Positions 18,351 to 29,033 of a DNA stretch of 64,000 nt are shown here, in pieces. Under the pieces are notes generated by a model. The model was not told the DNA's origin. It did no database searches and saw nothing but the letters and a program-made list of their open reading frames with translations. The position numbers were made by a program, and so were the translations under genes. The stretch is from Buttiauxella sp. (GTDB lineage: Bacteria; Pseudomonadota; Gammaproteobacteria; Enterobacterales; Enterobacteriaceae): positions 1,083 to 65,082 of the forward strand of contig NZ_JBAVHX010000006.1 in assembly GCF_049686335.1 (NCBI RefSeq), written 5' to 3'. How positions within the stretch are numbered: the stretch's first letter is position 1; each line of letters opens with the position of its first letter.

Positions 18351-19268
18351 ATGGATAATAATTTGAAACTCTATATTGCTGCTATCATTAAAGATGAGCT
18401 GTCAGGTCTTCTTGAGTGGATTGCATACCACCGGGTATTAGGCGTGGCAGGGTTTATTATTGCCGATAATGGTAGCCGTGACGGTAGTGGTGAGCTGTTA
18501 TATTCCCTTGCCAGACTGGGTATTGTTACCACTTTTGAACAACCCGATATAATAAATCAAAAACCTCAACTACCCGCCTACGAGAAAATATTACGCAGTT
18601 GTCCACGTGAAGTTGACCTGCTTGCTTTTATCGATGCCGATGAATTTTTATTACCCTTAACATCCGATTGCAACTTAGGTGACTTTTTTAGCTCAAGATT
18701 TAAGGATGAAAGTGTCAGCGCGATGGCACTTAACTGGTCAAACTTTGGATCTAATGGTGAACTTTTTGCCGAAGAAGGGTTGGTCACTGAACGTTTTACC
18801 AGGCGAGCCCCTCAGGCATTCAATGTTCACCATAATTTTAAAAGTGTTGTGAAACCGAATCGCACTAATCGCTTTCATAATCCTCACTTTGCCGACCTGC
18901 GATATGGTCGCTATGTTGACGCACTCGGGCGTGATCTGGTGCTTCACCCAAAACATGGCAACGGGGTCAGTGCAGAGGTGATTTGGAATGGAGTGCGGGT
19001 CAATCACTATGCGGTTAAATCGCTGGAAGAATTTCTGTTGGGTAAACATCTGCGCGGCAGTGCTGCCACGGCCAATAGAGTTAAGCACAAAGCCTATTTT
19101 AAGGCTCACGACCGCAATGATGAGAGTTGCCTGCTGGCGGCAGCCCTGGCTCCCAAAGTAAAAGCTGAAATGGTGAGACTCACTGAGCTGATAGAAGCAC
19201 TGCCTGTAGAGGAAAATAAGCCTGCTACCTCATGGTTGTCGCAAAAAGTGAAGAAGTGGAGGGGATGA
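18351..19268 (+). CDS. GT-A glycosyltransferase (Glyco_tranf_2_4/GT92-like)
   Basis: AAIIKDELSGLLEWIAYH, AFIDADEFL, VNHYAVKSLEEF motifs; start 18339 or 18351. Confidence 0.85.
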   Translation: MDNNLKLYIAAIIKDELSGLLEWIAYHRVLGVAGFIIADNGSRDGSGELLYSLARLGIVTTFEQPDIINQKPQLPAYEKILRSCPREVDLLAFIDADEFLLPLTSDCNLGDFFSSRFKDESVSAMALNWSNFGSNGELFAEEGLVTERFTRRAPQAFNVHHNFKSVVKPNRTNRFHNPHFADLRYGRYVDALGRDLVLHPKHGNGVSAEVIWNGVRVNHYAVKSLEEFLLGKHLRGSAATANRVKHKAYFKAHDRNDESCLLAAALAPKVKAEMVRLTELIEALPVEENKPATSWLSQKVKKWRG

Positions 19269-19356
19269 TTTCCCCTTAATATCCAGTTCTTAGCTGACTT
19301 TTATTGGTATTGATTGATCCCTCTGGGTTACCCATTTTCTGACGCGATATTTATCT

Positions 19357-21396
19357 ATGACCCCATCTTCTGATTGGCAACCTCTGGTTGTTCCCCCATC
19401 CATTGCGCGAAGCGGAGGGTGGTTGTTGATTAAGGCATCGATCCACTGTGTTACGCCACGGGGAGAAACCCGATTACGTTGGCAGGATATACAAGGCCAG
19501 CCAGCTGGATGCTTATTGCCAGTTTCTCGCAAAGGCACCTTGTTAGAATTGGTTTATTTACCTGCGGGTGCACAGCAATTGGCATGGCTTGCCAGTAGTG
19601 AAGGGGCAGTTTATACGGCAGAGGCGCCAAGTCTGCAGACGGTCTCTGGCATCGAAAGTGTATGGCGCCGCTTGCAACGCGTGTTCCCATTCTATTGGCG
19701 GCTCTCTCGCCGCCGTCGGGAACGGCTGGGGCTATCTACCCATCTTTTGCTCACCGATCTGCAACAGGCTTATAGGCTGGTGGGGCAGTTGCGAGATGAG
19801 AAGACCCTATTAGAATATGCCAGTTGGCTCGCCCGCTTCGATAAGCTGGAACAGGGCGACCGGTTACGGATAAACAAAATGTTAGGGCGCTGGAGGACAT
19901 CGTTGCCTCGTTTTCGCCTCCATCTGGTAGGTGACGGGTCGGCTCATGCCTGGCAGCGTACGCTGGAAAGCGTGTCGAATCTCTGTTATCCCACCTCCCA
20001 TATCACACTGATTGATCCCAGGGAGGAGGGAGCGAACAGCAAGCAGGATCAGATGCAACCCAATGAGTGGCAATGGGTTGTTCCTGTTGGCGCTACTCTG
20101 GCCCCGGCATCCCTTTGTTGGATAGCGCATACCCTGCGTCAGTCACCTCAGTGCCGCTGGCTATATGGGGACCATGACTTACTTGATGAAAAAGGGGAGC
20201 GGCACAGCCCTGGTTTCAAACCGGACTGGAACCAGACTCTGCTGTACAGCCAGAATTACATCGGTTGGTGCGGGCTCTGGCTTCATGAGGAGGATACCGA
20301 GGGGACGGTGCCACAAGACCAGGAAATGTGCCATCAATGGTGGCTGACCCTGGCTGAACGCTTGACCGCGTTGCAGATTGCCCATGTCCCCGCCTTGCTG
20401 ATGCATCTTCCCGAGAATAATCACCACGCAGAGCACCACAGGGCAGTTTCAACCTATTTTCAGCGGCATCATCCAGAAGTAGAAGTTAAACCGGGCGCAC
20501 ACGGGGTATGCCAATTGCTTTGGCCGTTACCGAAAGTTCGTCCCCTGGTCAGTATTATTATTCCGACCCGCAATGGACTCGCTCATTTGCGCCCTTGTAT
20601 CGAGAGTCTGGTTCATAAAACCCGTTACGGTCGTTTCGAAATCCTGGTGATGGATAATCAGAGTGATGATCCCGACACCCTGGCCTATTTTCAGTCGATT
20701 ACCAACACATACGATGTGAGGGTTATCCGCCATGATCATCCTTTCAACTATTCCTCCATCAACAATGAAGGGGTTCGTCAGGCGCAGGGGGAAATTATCT
20801 GTCTGCTTAACAATGACACCGAGGTAATCACGCACACCTGGCTGGATGAGATGGTCGCCCAATTGCTGCGCCCCGGCGTCGGGATTGTGGGTGCCAAACT
20901 CTTTTATGGTGATGGCAGGGTCCAGCATGGTGGAGATGCAGTGGGTCCTGGTGGATGTGCAGACCATTTTCACAGTCAATTAGCTGCAACTGACCCCGGT
21001 TATCAACGCCGGGCGGTGTCGGCTCAGGAGTTATCGGCGGTGACTGCCGCTTGTCTCTTAACTCATCGACATATTTTTATGCAACTGGGTGGCCTGAATG
21101 AACAGCAGCTTTCTGTGGCGTTCAATGATGTGGATTATTGCCTGCGGGTCAGAGAGGCGGGCTGGCATGTGGTATGGACTCCCCATGCTGAACTCTATCA
21201 TCATGAGTCTGTATCGCGTGGCAAGGATGTTTCACCACAACAAACTAAACGCGCCCAGTTGGAGCTTAATTACATGCGTAAGCGCTGGCGACAGCAGCTA
21301 AAGCATGATCCTTTTTATAATCCTAACCTGAGTTATGACCGTCCAGATTTTTCCCTGAGCCGTTCCCCGAGCGTGATACCACCATGGATGAATTAA
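19357..21396 (+). CDS. Two-domain GT2 glycosyltransferase (rhamnosyltransferase-like C-terminal domain)
   Basis: SIIIPTRNG, FNYSSINN, LLNNDTEV, AVTAACLL, NDVDYCLR, YHHESVSRG motifs; degenerate first GT2 domain (LYGDHD, FKPDW). Confidence 0.9.
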   Translation: MTPSSDWQPLVVPPSIARSGGWLLIKASIHCVTPRGETRLRWQDIQGQPAGCLLPVSRKGTLLELVYLPAGAQQLAWLASSEGAVYTAEAPSLQTVSGIESVWRRLQRVFPFYWRLSRRRRERLGLSTHLLLTDLQQAYRLVGQLRDEKTLLEYASWLARFDKLEQGDRLRINKMLGRWRTSLPRFRLHLVGDGSAHAWQRTLESVSNLCYPTSHITLIDPREEGANSKQDQMQPNEWQWVVPVGATLAPASLCWIAHTLRQSPQCRWLYGDHDLLDEKGERHSPGFKPDWNQTLLYSQNYIGWCGLWLHEEDTEGTVPQDQEMCHQWWLTLAERLTALQIAHVPALLMHLPENNHHAEHHRAVSTYFQRHHPEVEVKPGAHGVCQLLWPLPKVRPLVSIIIPTRNGLAHLRPCIESLVHKTRYGRFEILVMDNQSDDPDTLAYFQSITNTYDVRVIRHDHPFNYSSINNEGVRQAQGEIICLLNNDTEVITHTWLDEMVAQLLRPGVGIVGAKLFYGDGRVQHGGDAVGPGGCADHFHSQLAATDPGYQRRAVSAQELSAVTAACLLTHRHIFMQLGGLNEQQLSVAFNDVDYCLRVREAGWHVVWTPHAELYHHESVSRGKDVSPQQTKRAQLELNYMRKRWRQQLKHDPFYNPNLSYDRPDFSLSRSPSVIPPWMN

Positions 21397-22409
21397 TCAG
21401 AAAAGCACTATTCAAACCCTACCGGTCTCTGAATAAACAAAGTTATGGCAATCAGCATAACTGGTTGCAGGAGTGTCAACGGGTCATCATCTTGCATGAA
21501 GGTCTGTCACCAACCCTGGCTTATTTTGAACAGGCTATTACGAGTAAATTTCCGGATACTGAATATCGGCTCCAGGATACCACCTCAATCTCAAATATGG
21601 TGATATCCGAGGGAGATGCCATTGTTATCATTCGGTTTTTATCACCTTCCTGGCAACAGCGAATTGAGCAGGATATAGATAAAATTTCTCGCGTGATCTA
21701 TTTCATGGATGATGATCTTTTAGATCCACCCGTGCTGGTGGCCTTACCAAAACCATACCGAAAGAAAATACTTCGCCGCTCAGCAGCACAGCATCAATGG
21801 ATCACCCAGTATTGTGATGAGATCTGGGTATCTACCATTTATCTGGCAAAAAAATATGCTCATCTCAGTCCTGACGTGGTTGAGGCTAAACCCTCTTCAC
21901 TTCTGCTAGAGTCAATGCAGCCAGTCAAAATCGCTTATCATGGTTCCAGTTCTCATCGTGAAGAAAAATACTGGCTACGCCAGGTGGTTGAAGGAGTTTT
22001 GCAGCGTTGTCCTAGTGCTACTTTTGAAATTTTTGGCGAGCATGAGATCTACAAACACTACCGGGACCTGCCCAGAGTCACTGTGCTGCATCCAATGAGT
22101 TGGGATAATTATCTTGCCTATACCAGAATCCAACGTATCGATATTGGATTAGCACCTTTACTCGACTCAGCATTTAATGCTGCTCGTGGCCCAGTAAAAT
22201 ATTATGATTTCGTACGAATGGGGGCAGTGGGTATTTATAGCAACTGCGCTCCCTACAACAAATTGATTGAGCAGAACGTAAATGGTCTACTTCTGGAAAA
22301 TGATTCTAATTTGTGGGTAAAGGCGCTGGAAGTCCTGGTGGAGTTTCCTGACAAAAGAATCGAACTTTCTAGTAATGCCAGGAGGCATGCTTATTCATTG
22401 ATTGAATAG
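21384..22409 (+). CDS. GT-B (GT4-like) glycosyltransferase
   Basis: YFMDDDL, IDIGLAPL...FN.ARGPVKYYDF, GAVGIYS motifs; overlaps the upstream stop. Confidence 0.75.
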   Translation: MDELIRKALFKPYRSLNKQSYGNQHNWLQECQRVIILHEGLSPTLAYFEQAITSKFPDTEYRLQDTTSISNMVISEGDAIVIIRFLSPSWQQRIEQDIDKISRVIYFMDDDLLDPPVLVALPKPYRKKILRRSAAQHQWITQYCDEIWVSTIYLAKKYAHLSPDVVEAKPSSLLLESMQPVKIAYHGSSSHREEKYWLRQVVEGVLQRCPSATFEIFGEHEIYKHYRDLPRVTVLHPMSWDNYLAYTRIQRIDIGLAPLLDSAFNAARGPVKYYDFVRMGAVGIYSNCAPYNKLIEQNVNGLLLENDSNLWVKALEVLVEFPDKRIELSSNARRHAYSLIE

Positions 22410-22471
22410 TTAGATTCGCAGTTTAAAATGAATTAAATCAAATAAATATGAGAATAGGGTAACAGCATAAT

Positions 22472-23557
22472 ATGAAAATCCTCGTAACCGGTGGTGCGGG
22501 CTTTATCGGCTCGGCAGTGGTACGCCATATCATTGGCCATACCCAGGATTCCGTGGTCAATCTCGATAAGCTCACGTATGCGGGTAATCTGGAATCTCTG
22601 GCTGAAGTATCGAGCAGTGAGCGCTATGCTTTCGAGCAGGTGGATATCTGTAACCGTGCCGAGCTGGATCGAGTGTTTGGCAAACATCAACCTGATGCCG
22701 TTATGCACCTGGCCGCCGAAAGTCATGTCGATCGCTCCATCACTGGGCCTGCTGATTTTATCGAGACTAACATCGTCGGTACTTATGTGTTGCTGGAAGC
22801 GGCTCGTGCATACTGGAACGGACTTGATGAGACCCGCAAGGGAGCCTTCCGCTTCCATCATATTTCTACCGATGAAGTATATGGGGATTTGCCACACCCG
22901 GATGAGATGAGTACAGGCGAAGCCTTACCTCTCTTTACCGAAACTACCGCTTATGCCCCTAGCAGCCCTTATTCGGCCTCAAAAGCTTCAAGTGATCATC
23001 TGGTTCGTGCCTGGCTTCGCACCTATGGCCTGCCGACCATTGTCACCAATTGCTCCAATAACTATGGTCCTTATCATTTCCCAGAGAAGCTAATCCCACT
23101 GGTTATCCTGAATGCTCTGGATAGCAAGCCGCTGCCGGTTTACGGCAAGGGCGACCAAATCCGCGACTGGCTGTATGTGGAAGATCATGCTCGTGCGCTC
23201 TATAAAGTGGTGACCAGCGGTCTGGTGGGAGAAACCTATAATATCGGTGGCCATAACGAGAAGCAGAACCTGGAAGTGGTGCATGTCATCTGCGATTTAC
23301 TTGATGAAATGGTACCCAAAACGGGCTCTTATCGTGACCAGATCACCTATGTGGCGGACCGCCCTGGACATGATCGCCGTTATGCCATTGACGCCAGCAA
23401 GATGAGTGCCGAGTTGAACTGGCAGCCGCAAGAGACCTTCGAATCCGGCATTCGCAAAACAGTGCAGTGGTATCTGGACAACCAGCAGTGGGTGAACAAC
23501 GTCAAAAGTGGCACCTATCAATCCTGGATCGAGCAGAACTATGGAGAAAGAGACTAA
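22472..23557 (+). CDS. rmlB: dTDP-glucose 4,6-dehydratase
   Basis: [24 protein letters not shown] motifs. Confidence 0.97.
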   Translation: MKILVTGGAGFIGSAVVRHIIGHTQDSVVNLDKLTYAGNLESLAEVSSSERYAFEQVDICNRAELDRVFGKHQPDAVMHLAAESHVDRSITGPADFIETNIVGTYVLLEAARAYWNGLDETRKGAFRFHHISTDEVYGDLPHPDEMSTGEALPLFTETTAYAPSSPYSASKASSDHLVRAWLRTYGLPTIVTNCSNNYGPYHFPEKLIPLVILNALDSKPLPVYGKGDQIRDWLYVEDHARALYKVVTSGLVGETYNIGGHNEKQNLEVVHVICDLLDEMVPKTGSYRDQITYVADRPGHDRRYAIDASKMSAELNWQPQETFESGIRKTVQWYLDNQQWVNNVKSGTYQSWIEQNYGERD

Positions 23558-24444
23558 TGCATATTCTATTGTTCGGAAAAAATGGTCAGGTTGGCTGGGA
23601 GCTGCAACGGGCTTTGGCACCTTTAGGGCGCTTGACCACAGTAGATTTTGACTCCATCGATTATTGCGGTGACTTCAGCAATCCAGCGGGCGTTGCCGAA
23701 ACCGTGCGTCTGCTTAAACCAGATGTCATTGTCAATGCGGCCGCTCACACTGCGGTAGACAAAGCTGAAAGTGAGCGTGAATTTGCCGAATTGCTTAATG
23801 CCACCAGTGTCGCGGCGATCGCTAAAGAAGCAGAAGCGCTGAACGCCTGGTTAGTTCACTACTCAACCGACTATGTGTTTGATGGCAGTGGTGAACGGCC
23901 CTGGGTTGAAACGGATACCACGGCGCCACTCAACGTCTACGGTGAGACCAAGCTGGCAGGTGAACATGCCGCTGCGCTATGCTCCCGCCACCTCATTTTT
24001 CGCACTAGCTGGGTCTATGCCGCTCGTGGTGCCAATTTTGCTAAGACTATGCTTCGTGTTGGTAAAGAGCGTAGCGAGATGTCAGTCATCAATGATCAAT
24101 TTGGTGCCCCGACAGGAGCAGAATTGCTGGCCGATTGTACGGCTCACGCCATTCGCACCGCGCAACGTAAGCAAGAGGTCGCTGGTCTTTATCACCTGAT
24201 AGCCTCCGGAACTACAACCTGGTTTGACTATGCGCAACTGGTGTTTGCCAAAGCGAAAGAGGCTGGTGTCGAACTGGCCGTGACCCAGATAAACGCCGTG
24301 CCGACAAGCGCATTCCCGACTCCAGCCAGGCGTCCTCATAACTCCAGACTCGATACTGGCAAGTTTCAGCGCACCTTCGAAATGGTGCTGCCGGATTGGC
24401 AGGTTGGAGTGGAGCGGATGCTGACCGAGATCCTCGGTCGTTAA
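23557..24444 (+). CDS. rmlD: dTDP-4-dehydrorhamnose reductase
   Basis: Start corrected to ATG 23557 (TAATG overlap with rmlB); GKNGQVG, STDYVFDG, YGETK motifs. Confidence 0.95.
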   Translation: MHILLFGKNGQVGWELQRALAPLGRLTTVDFDSIDYCGDFSNPAGVAETVRLLKPDVIVNAAAHTAVDKAESEREFAELLNATSVAAIAKEAEALNAWLVHYSTDYVFDGSGERPWVETDTTAPLNVYGETKLAGEHAAALCSRHLIFRTSWVYAARGANFAKTMLRVGKERSEMSVINDQFGAPTGAELLADCTAHAIRTAQRKQEVAGLYHLIASGTTTWFDYAQLVFAKAKEAGVELAVTQINAVPTSAFPTPARRPHNSRLDTGKFQRTFEMVLPDWQVGVERMLTEILGR

Positions 24445-24561
24445 TAGCAAAACAAGACTTTAACAGTCTTGATAGCTGACCGTCCTTCGCACGGATAAAA
24501 GAAAGGACGGTTAATGATCGTTTTGATCGTTTTCAGATTTCAAAATTAAGAGCGCGCAATT

Positions 24562-25440
24562 ATGACACAACGCAAAGGTATTATTCTGGCAGGTGGTTCT
24601 GGTACTCGTCTTTATCCCGTCACTATGGCGGTCAGCAAGCAACTGCTGCCGATTTATGACAAACCGATGATCTATTATCCACTCAGTACTCTGATGCTTG
24701 CAGGCATTCGCGATATTTTAATTATCAGTACCCCTCAGGATACTCCTCGCTTTGAACAATTACTGGGAGACGGCAGCAAGTGGGGCCTGAATTTGCAATA
24801 CAAGGTTCAGCCGAGCCCGGATGGTCTTGCACAGGCCTTTATCATCGGTGAAGAGTTTATTGGTTCTGACTCATGTGCACTGGTATTGGGTGATAATATC
24901 TTCTACGGTCATGACCTACAAAAACAGTTACAAGAAGCCGCCTCTAAGCCTGGTGGTGCCACCGTATTTGCCTACCATGTGCATGATCCGGAACGCTACG
25001 GTGTGGTGGAGTTCGATAACAACGGCCTCGCGATTTCCCTGGAAGAGAAGCCGTTGGAACCTAAGAGTAACTACGCAGTGACGGGTCTCTATTTCTTTGA
25101 CAACAGCGTAGTCGAAATTGCCAAGGGCCTGAAACCTTCACCTCGTGGCGAGCTTGAAATTACCGACGTCAATCGTATTTATTTGGAACAAGGTAATCTT
25201 TCAGTCGCGATGATGGGGCGTGGTTTTGCCTGGCTGGATACCGGCACGCATGAGAGTTTGATTGATGCGAGTAACTTTATTCAGACTATCGAGAACCGTC
25301 AGGGATTGAAAGTAGCCTGCCCGGAAGAAATTGCTTATCACCAGGGATTTATTGATGCAGAGCAGGTAAGAAAACTGGCTGCTCCACTGGCTAAAAATGC
25401 ATATGGACAATATTTACTGAAGCTGGTTAAAGGCAAGTAG
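24562..25440 (+). CDS. rmlA: Glucose-1-phosphate thymidylyltransferase
   Basis: [22 protein letters not shown] motifs. Confidence 0.97.
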   Translation: MTQRKGIILAGGSGTRLYPVTMAVSKQLLPIYDKPMIYYPLSTLMLAGIRDILIISTPQDTPRFEQLLGDGSKWGLNLQYKVQPSPDGLAQAFIIGEEFIGSDSCALVLGDNIFYGHDLQKQLQEAASKPGGATVFAYHVHDPERYGVVEFDNNGLAISLEEKPLEPKSNYAVTGLYFFDNSVVEIAKGLKPSPRGELEITDVNRIYLEQGNLSVAMMGRGFAWLDTGTHESLIDASNFIQTIENRQGLKVACPEEIAYHQGFIDAEQVRKLAAPLAKNAYGQYLLKLVKGK

Positions 25441-25514
25441 TTAATAATACCTGGATTAATAACACCCTGATAGAGTTATATTTTTTCGCTAAAATAACAC
25501 ATGTTTTCAGTTTA

Positions 25515-25537
25515 GAGGCCCTGCAAAAGCAGGGCTC
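25515..25537 (+). terminator. Possible terminator/hairpin after rmlA
   Basis: GCCCTGC-aaaa-GCAGGGC stem with a weak downstream T run. Confidence 0.4.
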
Positions 25538-25596
25538 ATCATTTTTAGTGATAATAAAAACCATGAATATCACGTCGCTGCCAATATAAGAACATC

Positions 25597-27666
25597 ATGA
25601 CACTATATACGACATCAAAGGGAATATTGTCTAAAGAAGGTCAAATTAATATTTGCTTTCAAAAGTCGCTTATATTAATGGGTAATAACTCTAAGTTTAA
25701 ACATGATGCAATATGTGTTGGCTGGGGACAAAAAGCCAATACCCACCAAATTAAACAAAAGGCGCATGAATTAGGCCTGCCGTATTGGCAACTGGAAGAT
25801 GGGTTTATCGGTTATATCGGCCATCCAGCCAGAGGCGGCAAAGCTGTATCGCTGATCGCCGATCCCATAGGTATTTACTACGATGCCCGCCAACCCAGCC
25901 AGCTGGAAAATTTGATTGCATCTCCATGCGGGCCGGAGCTGCTGGCACGAGCCGAGCGATTGGCAGCTGAGTTGGTGCGCCTCGGAGTGACCAAGTACAA
26001 CTGTTATCCCAACAGTCAGGCTCATCAACCTGCGCAGTTGACTGCTCATGGGGTGGATTCTGGTGGCTTGTCACCTGTGCTCGCCCGTCGTTTGCTTGGG
26101 GATGAAAGGCCTCGGGTGTTGCTGGTGGATCAGGTTGCAGGGGATCTCTCAATCCCAGGCGCACTGGCAAGCGAGGCCGACTTCCTGACCATGATTGAAA
26201 CGGCACGCCGTAATCACCCGGATGCTCGTCTGTTGTTACGTACTCATCCTGATACCCGCTTTGGCAAGAAGCGTGGCGTATTAGCCCGGTTGCAATTTCA
26301 TGATGTTGAGGTCGTGGCGGAGCACTGTCACCCGCATGCCCTGCTGGGCATGGTAGATGCGGTCTATACCGTCTCTTCCCAGCTTGGATTTGAAGCCCTG
26401 CTGCTAGGCAAGCCTGTTTACTGCTTCGGCATGCCGTTTTATGCCGGTTGGGGGCTGACTCATGACAGCAAGCAGTGCGAGCGTCGCAACGTCACGGTCA
26501 CTCTGGCTCAACTGGTCGCCGCTGCGCTGATTCAGTATCCACGTTATCTGGATCCGGTTCTGGGGCAGCGCTGCGAGGTGGAAGAGGTACTGGCGATCAT
26601 TGCGCGGCAGCAAAGCCCGGCCCCACGCTGGCGACGGCTCTATCTGGTCGGGTTTTCACTGTGGAAGAGGGCATTCATGCGCTCCTTCTGCCAGCATCTG
26701 GCCGATGAGTTGTGCTTTGTGCGCACGCCTCCCAAAAAGCTTATGGGTGACGAACAGGTGCTGGTGTGGGGTATCCGCCACCCGGAACTCACCTCAGCTA
26801 TCCGGGTCGAAGACGGCTTTATCCGCTCAAAGGGACTGGGCTCCAATTTGTGCCGCCCATCGTCGTTGTCTATCGATCCTGTCGGCATCTATTTCGATAG
26901 TCGCAGTTCCTGCGCACTCGAACAGTTGCTCAACGAGCAGTTTTTGAACGAACAAGAGATTAGCCGTGGTAGCGCTCTTATCACGCTGCTCAGGCGTCAT
27001 GGTGTCAGCAAATATAATGTCGGCGAGCCGCAACTCTACCAACCTCCTGGAGACGGGCGTCCGTTAGTGCTGGTCGTCGGTCAGGTAGATGGTGATGCCT
27101 CTATCCTGACCGGTAGCCCCATCATTCGTAGTAACGAGCAGTTGCTGTGGGCCGTTCGTGCCGCCAGGCCAGATGCACATATTTTATATAAGCCTCACCC
27201 AGATGTGGTGGCAGGTAACCGGGCGGGGGCCATCTCCAGCGCGTGTTTGAACGAGTGTGTCGACAGTCAGGTGCTGGATATCGGCTTAACCAGCCTTTAT
27301 CCCCACGTAGATGAGCTACATACCATGACTTCGCTCAGTGGTTTTGAGGCGCTGGTGCAGGGCATCAAAGTCACTACCTGGGGCCAGCCCTTCTACAGCG
27401 GTTGGGGGCTGACCACTGATGCCCATGCTCCAGAACGGCGTAAACGTACATTGCCCCTGGCTGCACTGGTCTATCTGACGCTGGTGGCCTATCCGCTTTA
27501 CATGGACTGGCAGACTGGTCTGTGGATGAGCCCGGAGCAACTGATCAGCCAGTTAGCAGCGCAAGGGCAGTCCAGCTCACGCAAGGCAAGCCGTTTGCAA
27601 CGCTGGCAGCTCAAGTTGCGCTATTTGGCTCAGGCACTGTTTCAACGCTCTCACTTCCCCGGCTAA
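25597..27666 (+). CDS. kpsC: beta-Kdo transferase (two GT107-like domains)
   Basis: Duplicated EDGF, HP and G.PFYxGWGLT motifs; followed by kpsS. Confidence 0.92.
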   Translation: MTLYTTSKGILSKEGQINICFQKSLILMGNNSKFKHDAICVGWGQKANTHQIKQKAHELGLPYWQLEDGFIGYIGHPARGGKAVSLIADPIGIYYDARQPSQLENLIASPCGPELLARAERLAAELVRLGVTKYNCYPNSQAHQPAQLTAHGVDSGGLSPVLARRLLGDERPRVLLVDQVAGDLSIPGALASEADFLTMIETARRNHPDARLLLRTHPDTRFGKKRGVLARLQFHDVEVVAEHCHPHALLGMVDAVYTVSSQLGFEALLLGKPVYCFGMPFYAGWGLTHDSKQCERRNVTVTLAQLVAAALIQYPRYLDPVLGQRCEVEEVLAIIARQQSPAPRWRRLYLVGFSLWKRAFMRSFCQHLADELCFVRTPPKKLMGDEQVLVWGIRHPELTSAIRVEDGFIRSKGLGSNLCRPSSLSIDPVGIYFDSRSSCALEQLLNEQFLNEQEISRGSALITLLRRHGVSKYNVGEPQLYQPPGDGRPLVLVVGQVDGDASILTGSPIIRSNEQLLWAVRAARPDAHILYKPHPDVVAGNRAGAISSACLNECVDSQVLDIGLTSLYPHVDELHTMTSLSGFEALVQGIKVTTWGQPFYSGWGLTTDAHAPERRKRTLPLAALVYLTLVAYPLYMDWQTGLWMSPEQLISQLAAQGQSSSRKASRLQRWQLKLRYLAQALFQRSHFPG

Positions 27667-27767
27667 TGTCAACAGCGCGCGATTTACCCGTGTTTCACGG
27701 TAACGCCAAAAGCTAAAGATGTTCAGCCGCATCAAATTCAGCGAATAAAAAATAAGCAAGGATGTTT

Positions 27768-29018
27768 ATGCAACGCAACGCAGTTAAAACATTACTTTCT
27801 GGGAAAAAATATCTGCTGCTTCAGGGGCCGATGGGACCATTTTTTAATGATATGGCAAACTGGCTTGAAGAGTCCGGGCGCGATGCTTTAAACGTAGTGT
27901 TCAATGGGGGAGACCGTTATTACTGTCGTAATCGACCTTATAAAATCTATACCAGGACAGCCAAAGAATTTCCTGGTTGGTTAAAGGAGTTGTGGCAGGA
28001 TGATCCCTTTGACACCATTTTGTGTTTTGGAGACTGCCGCCCAATGCATCAGGCTGCGCGCAGATGGGCTGAAGCAAAAGGGGTGCGTTTCCTGGCATTT
28101 GAAGAAGGGTATTTGCGTCCACATTTTATAACGGTGGAAGCGGGTGGCGTAAATGCTTCGTCATCTGTTCCTCGGGACCCCTCGTTCTACCGCCTTATGG
28201 CAGAAATACAATCGGCACCGGTAGAAAACCTTAAGCCATCAACCCGTCTGCGTATGTGGCATGCTGCGTGGTATTACATTATGGGTTGGTATAGTCGCCG
28301 GGAATTTCCTCGCTATCGTCATCACAAATCTTTTTCACCATGGTATGAAGCTCGCTGCTGGTTTCGTGCAGGTTGGCGTAAAAAGTGGTACGCCTGGAAG
28401 CAGCGAGGGGTTTTAAATACGCTACAAACCTCTCTGGATAAGCGTTATTACCTGGCGGTGTTGCAAGTTTATAACGATAGCCAGATCCTTAATCACAGCA
28501 ATTATAAAGATGTACGTGATTATATTAATGAGGTTATTTACTCATTTTCACGCAAAGCACCTGCAGAGCAATATCTGGTGATAAAACATCACCCGATGGA
28601 TCGTGGACATCGTTTATATGGCCCTTTAATTAAACGCCTGAGTAAAGAGTATGGTGTATTTGAACGGGTTATATATATCCATGATTTGCCGCTACCAGAA
28701 TTACTCAATCATGCAAAAGCAGTCATTACGATTAATAGTACAGTTGGGATCTCCGCCCTCATTCACAATAAACCTCTGAAGGTGATGGGGCGTGCATTGT
28801 ATGATATTAAGGGTTTGACATATCAGGGGAATCTGCATCAGTTCTGGAATGCAGATTTTAAGCCTGATATGAAATTGTTTAAAAAATTTCGTGCTTATCT
28901 GCTGGAAAATACCCAGATCAACGCAGTTTATTATGGCAAAAAACCACATTACCGTTTTACGTCCACATCCCCTACATTGTTGGAAAATACCGACATAAAA
29001 TGGGTTGGTCCTGAATAA
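27768..29018 (+). CDS. kpsS: beta-Kdo transferase (GT99-like linker primer)
   Basis: LLLQGPMGPFF, FEEGYLRP, LQVYNDSQI, KHHPMDRG motifs; second ATG 27768 has AAGGA upstream. Confidence 0.95.
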   Translation: MQRNAVKTLLSGKKYLLLQGPMGPFFNDMANWLEESGRDALNVVFNGGDRYYCRNRPYKIYTRTAKEFPGWLKELWQDDPFDTILCFGDCRPMHQAARRWAEAKGVRFLAFEEGYLRPHFITVEAGGVNASSSVPRDPSFYRLMAEIQSAPVENLKPSTRLRMWHAAWYYIMGWYSRREFPRYRHHKSFSPWYEARCWFRAGWRKKWYAWKQRGVLNTLQTSLDKRYYLAVLQVYNDSQILNHSNYKDVRDYINEVIYSFSRKAPAEQYLVIKHHPMDRGHRLYGPLIKRLSKEYGVFERVIYIHDLPLPELLNHAKAVITINSTVGISALIHNKPLKVMGRALYDIKGLTYQGNLHQFWNADFKPDMKLFKKFRAYLLENTQINAVYYGKKPHYRFTSTSPTLLENTDIKWVGPE

Positions 29019-29033
29019 AAAGATACTGGGTCG

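Noticed and set aside
24453..24535. Two small hairpins and a TGATCGTTT tandem between rmlD and rmlA
   Set aside because: Short stems without a U tract; no function supportable.
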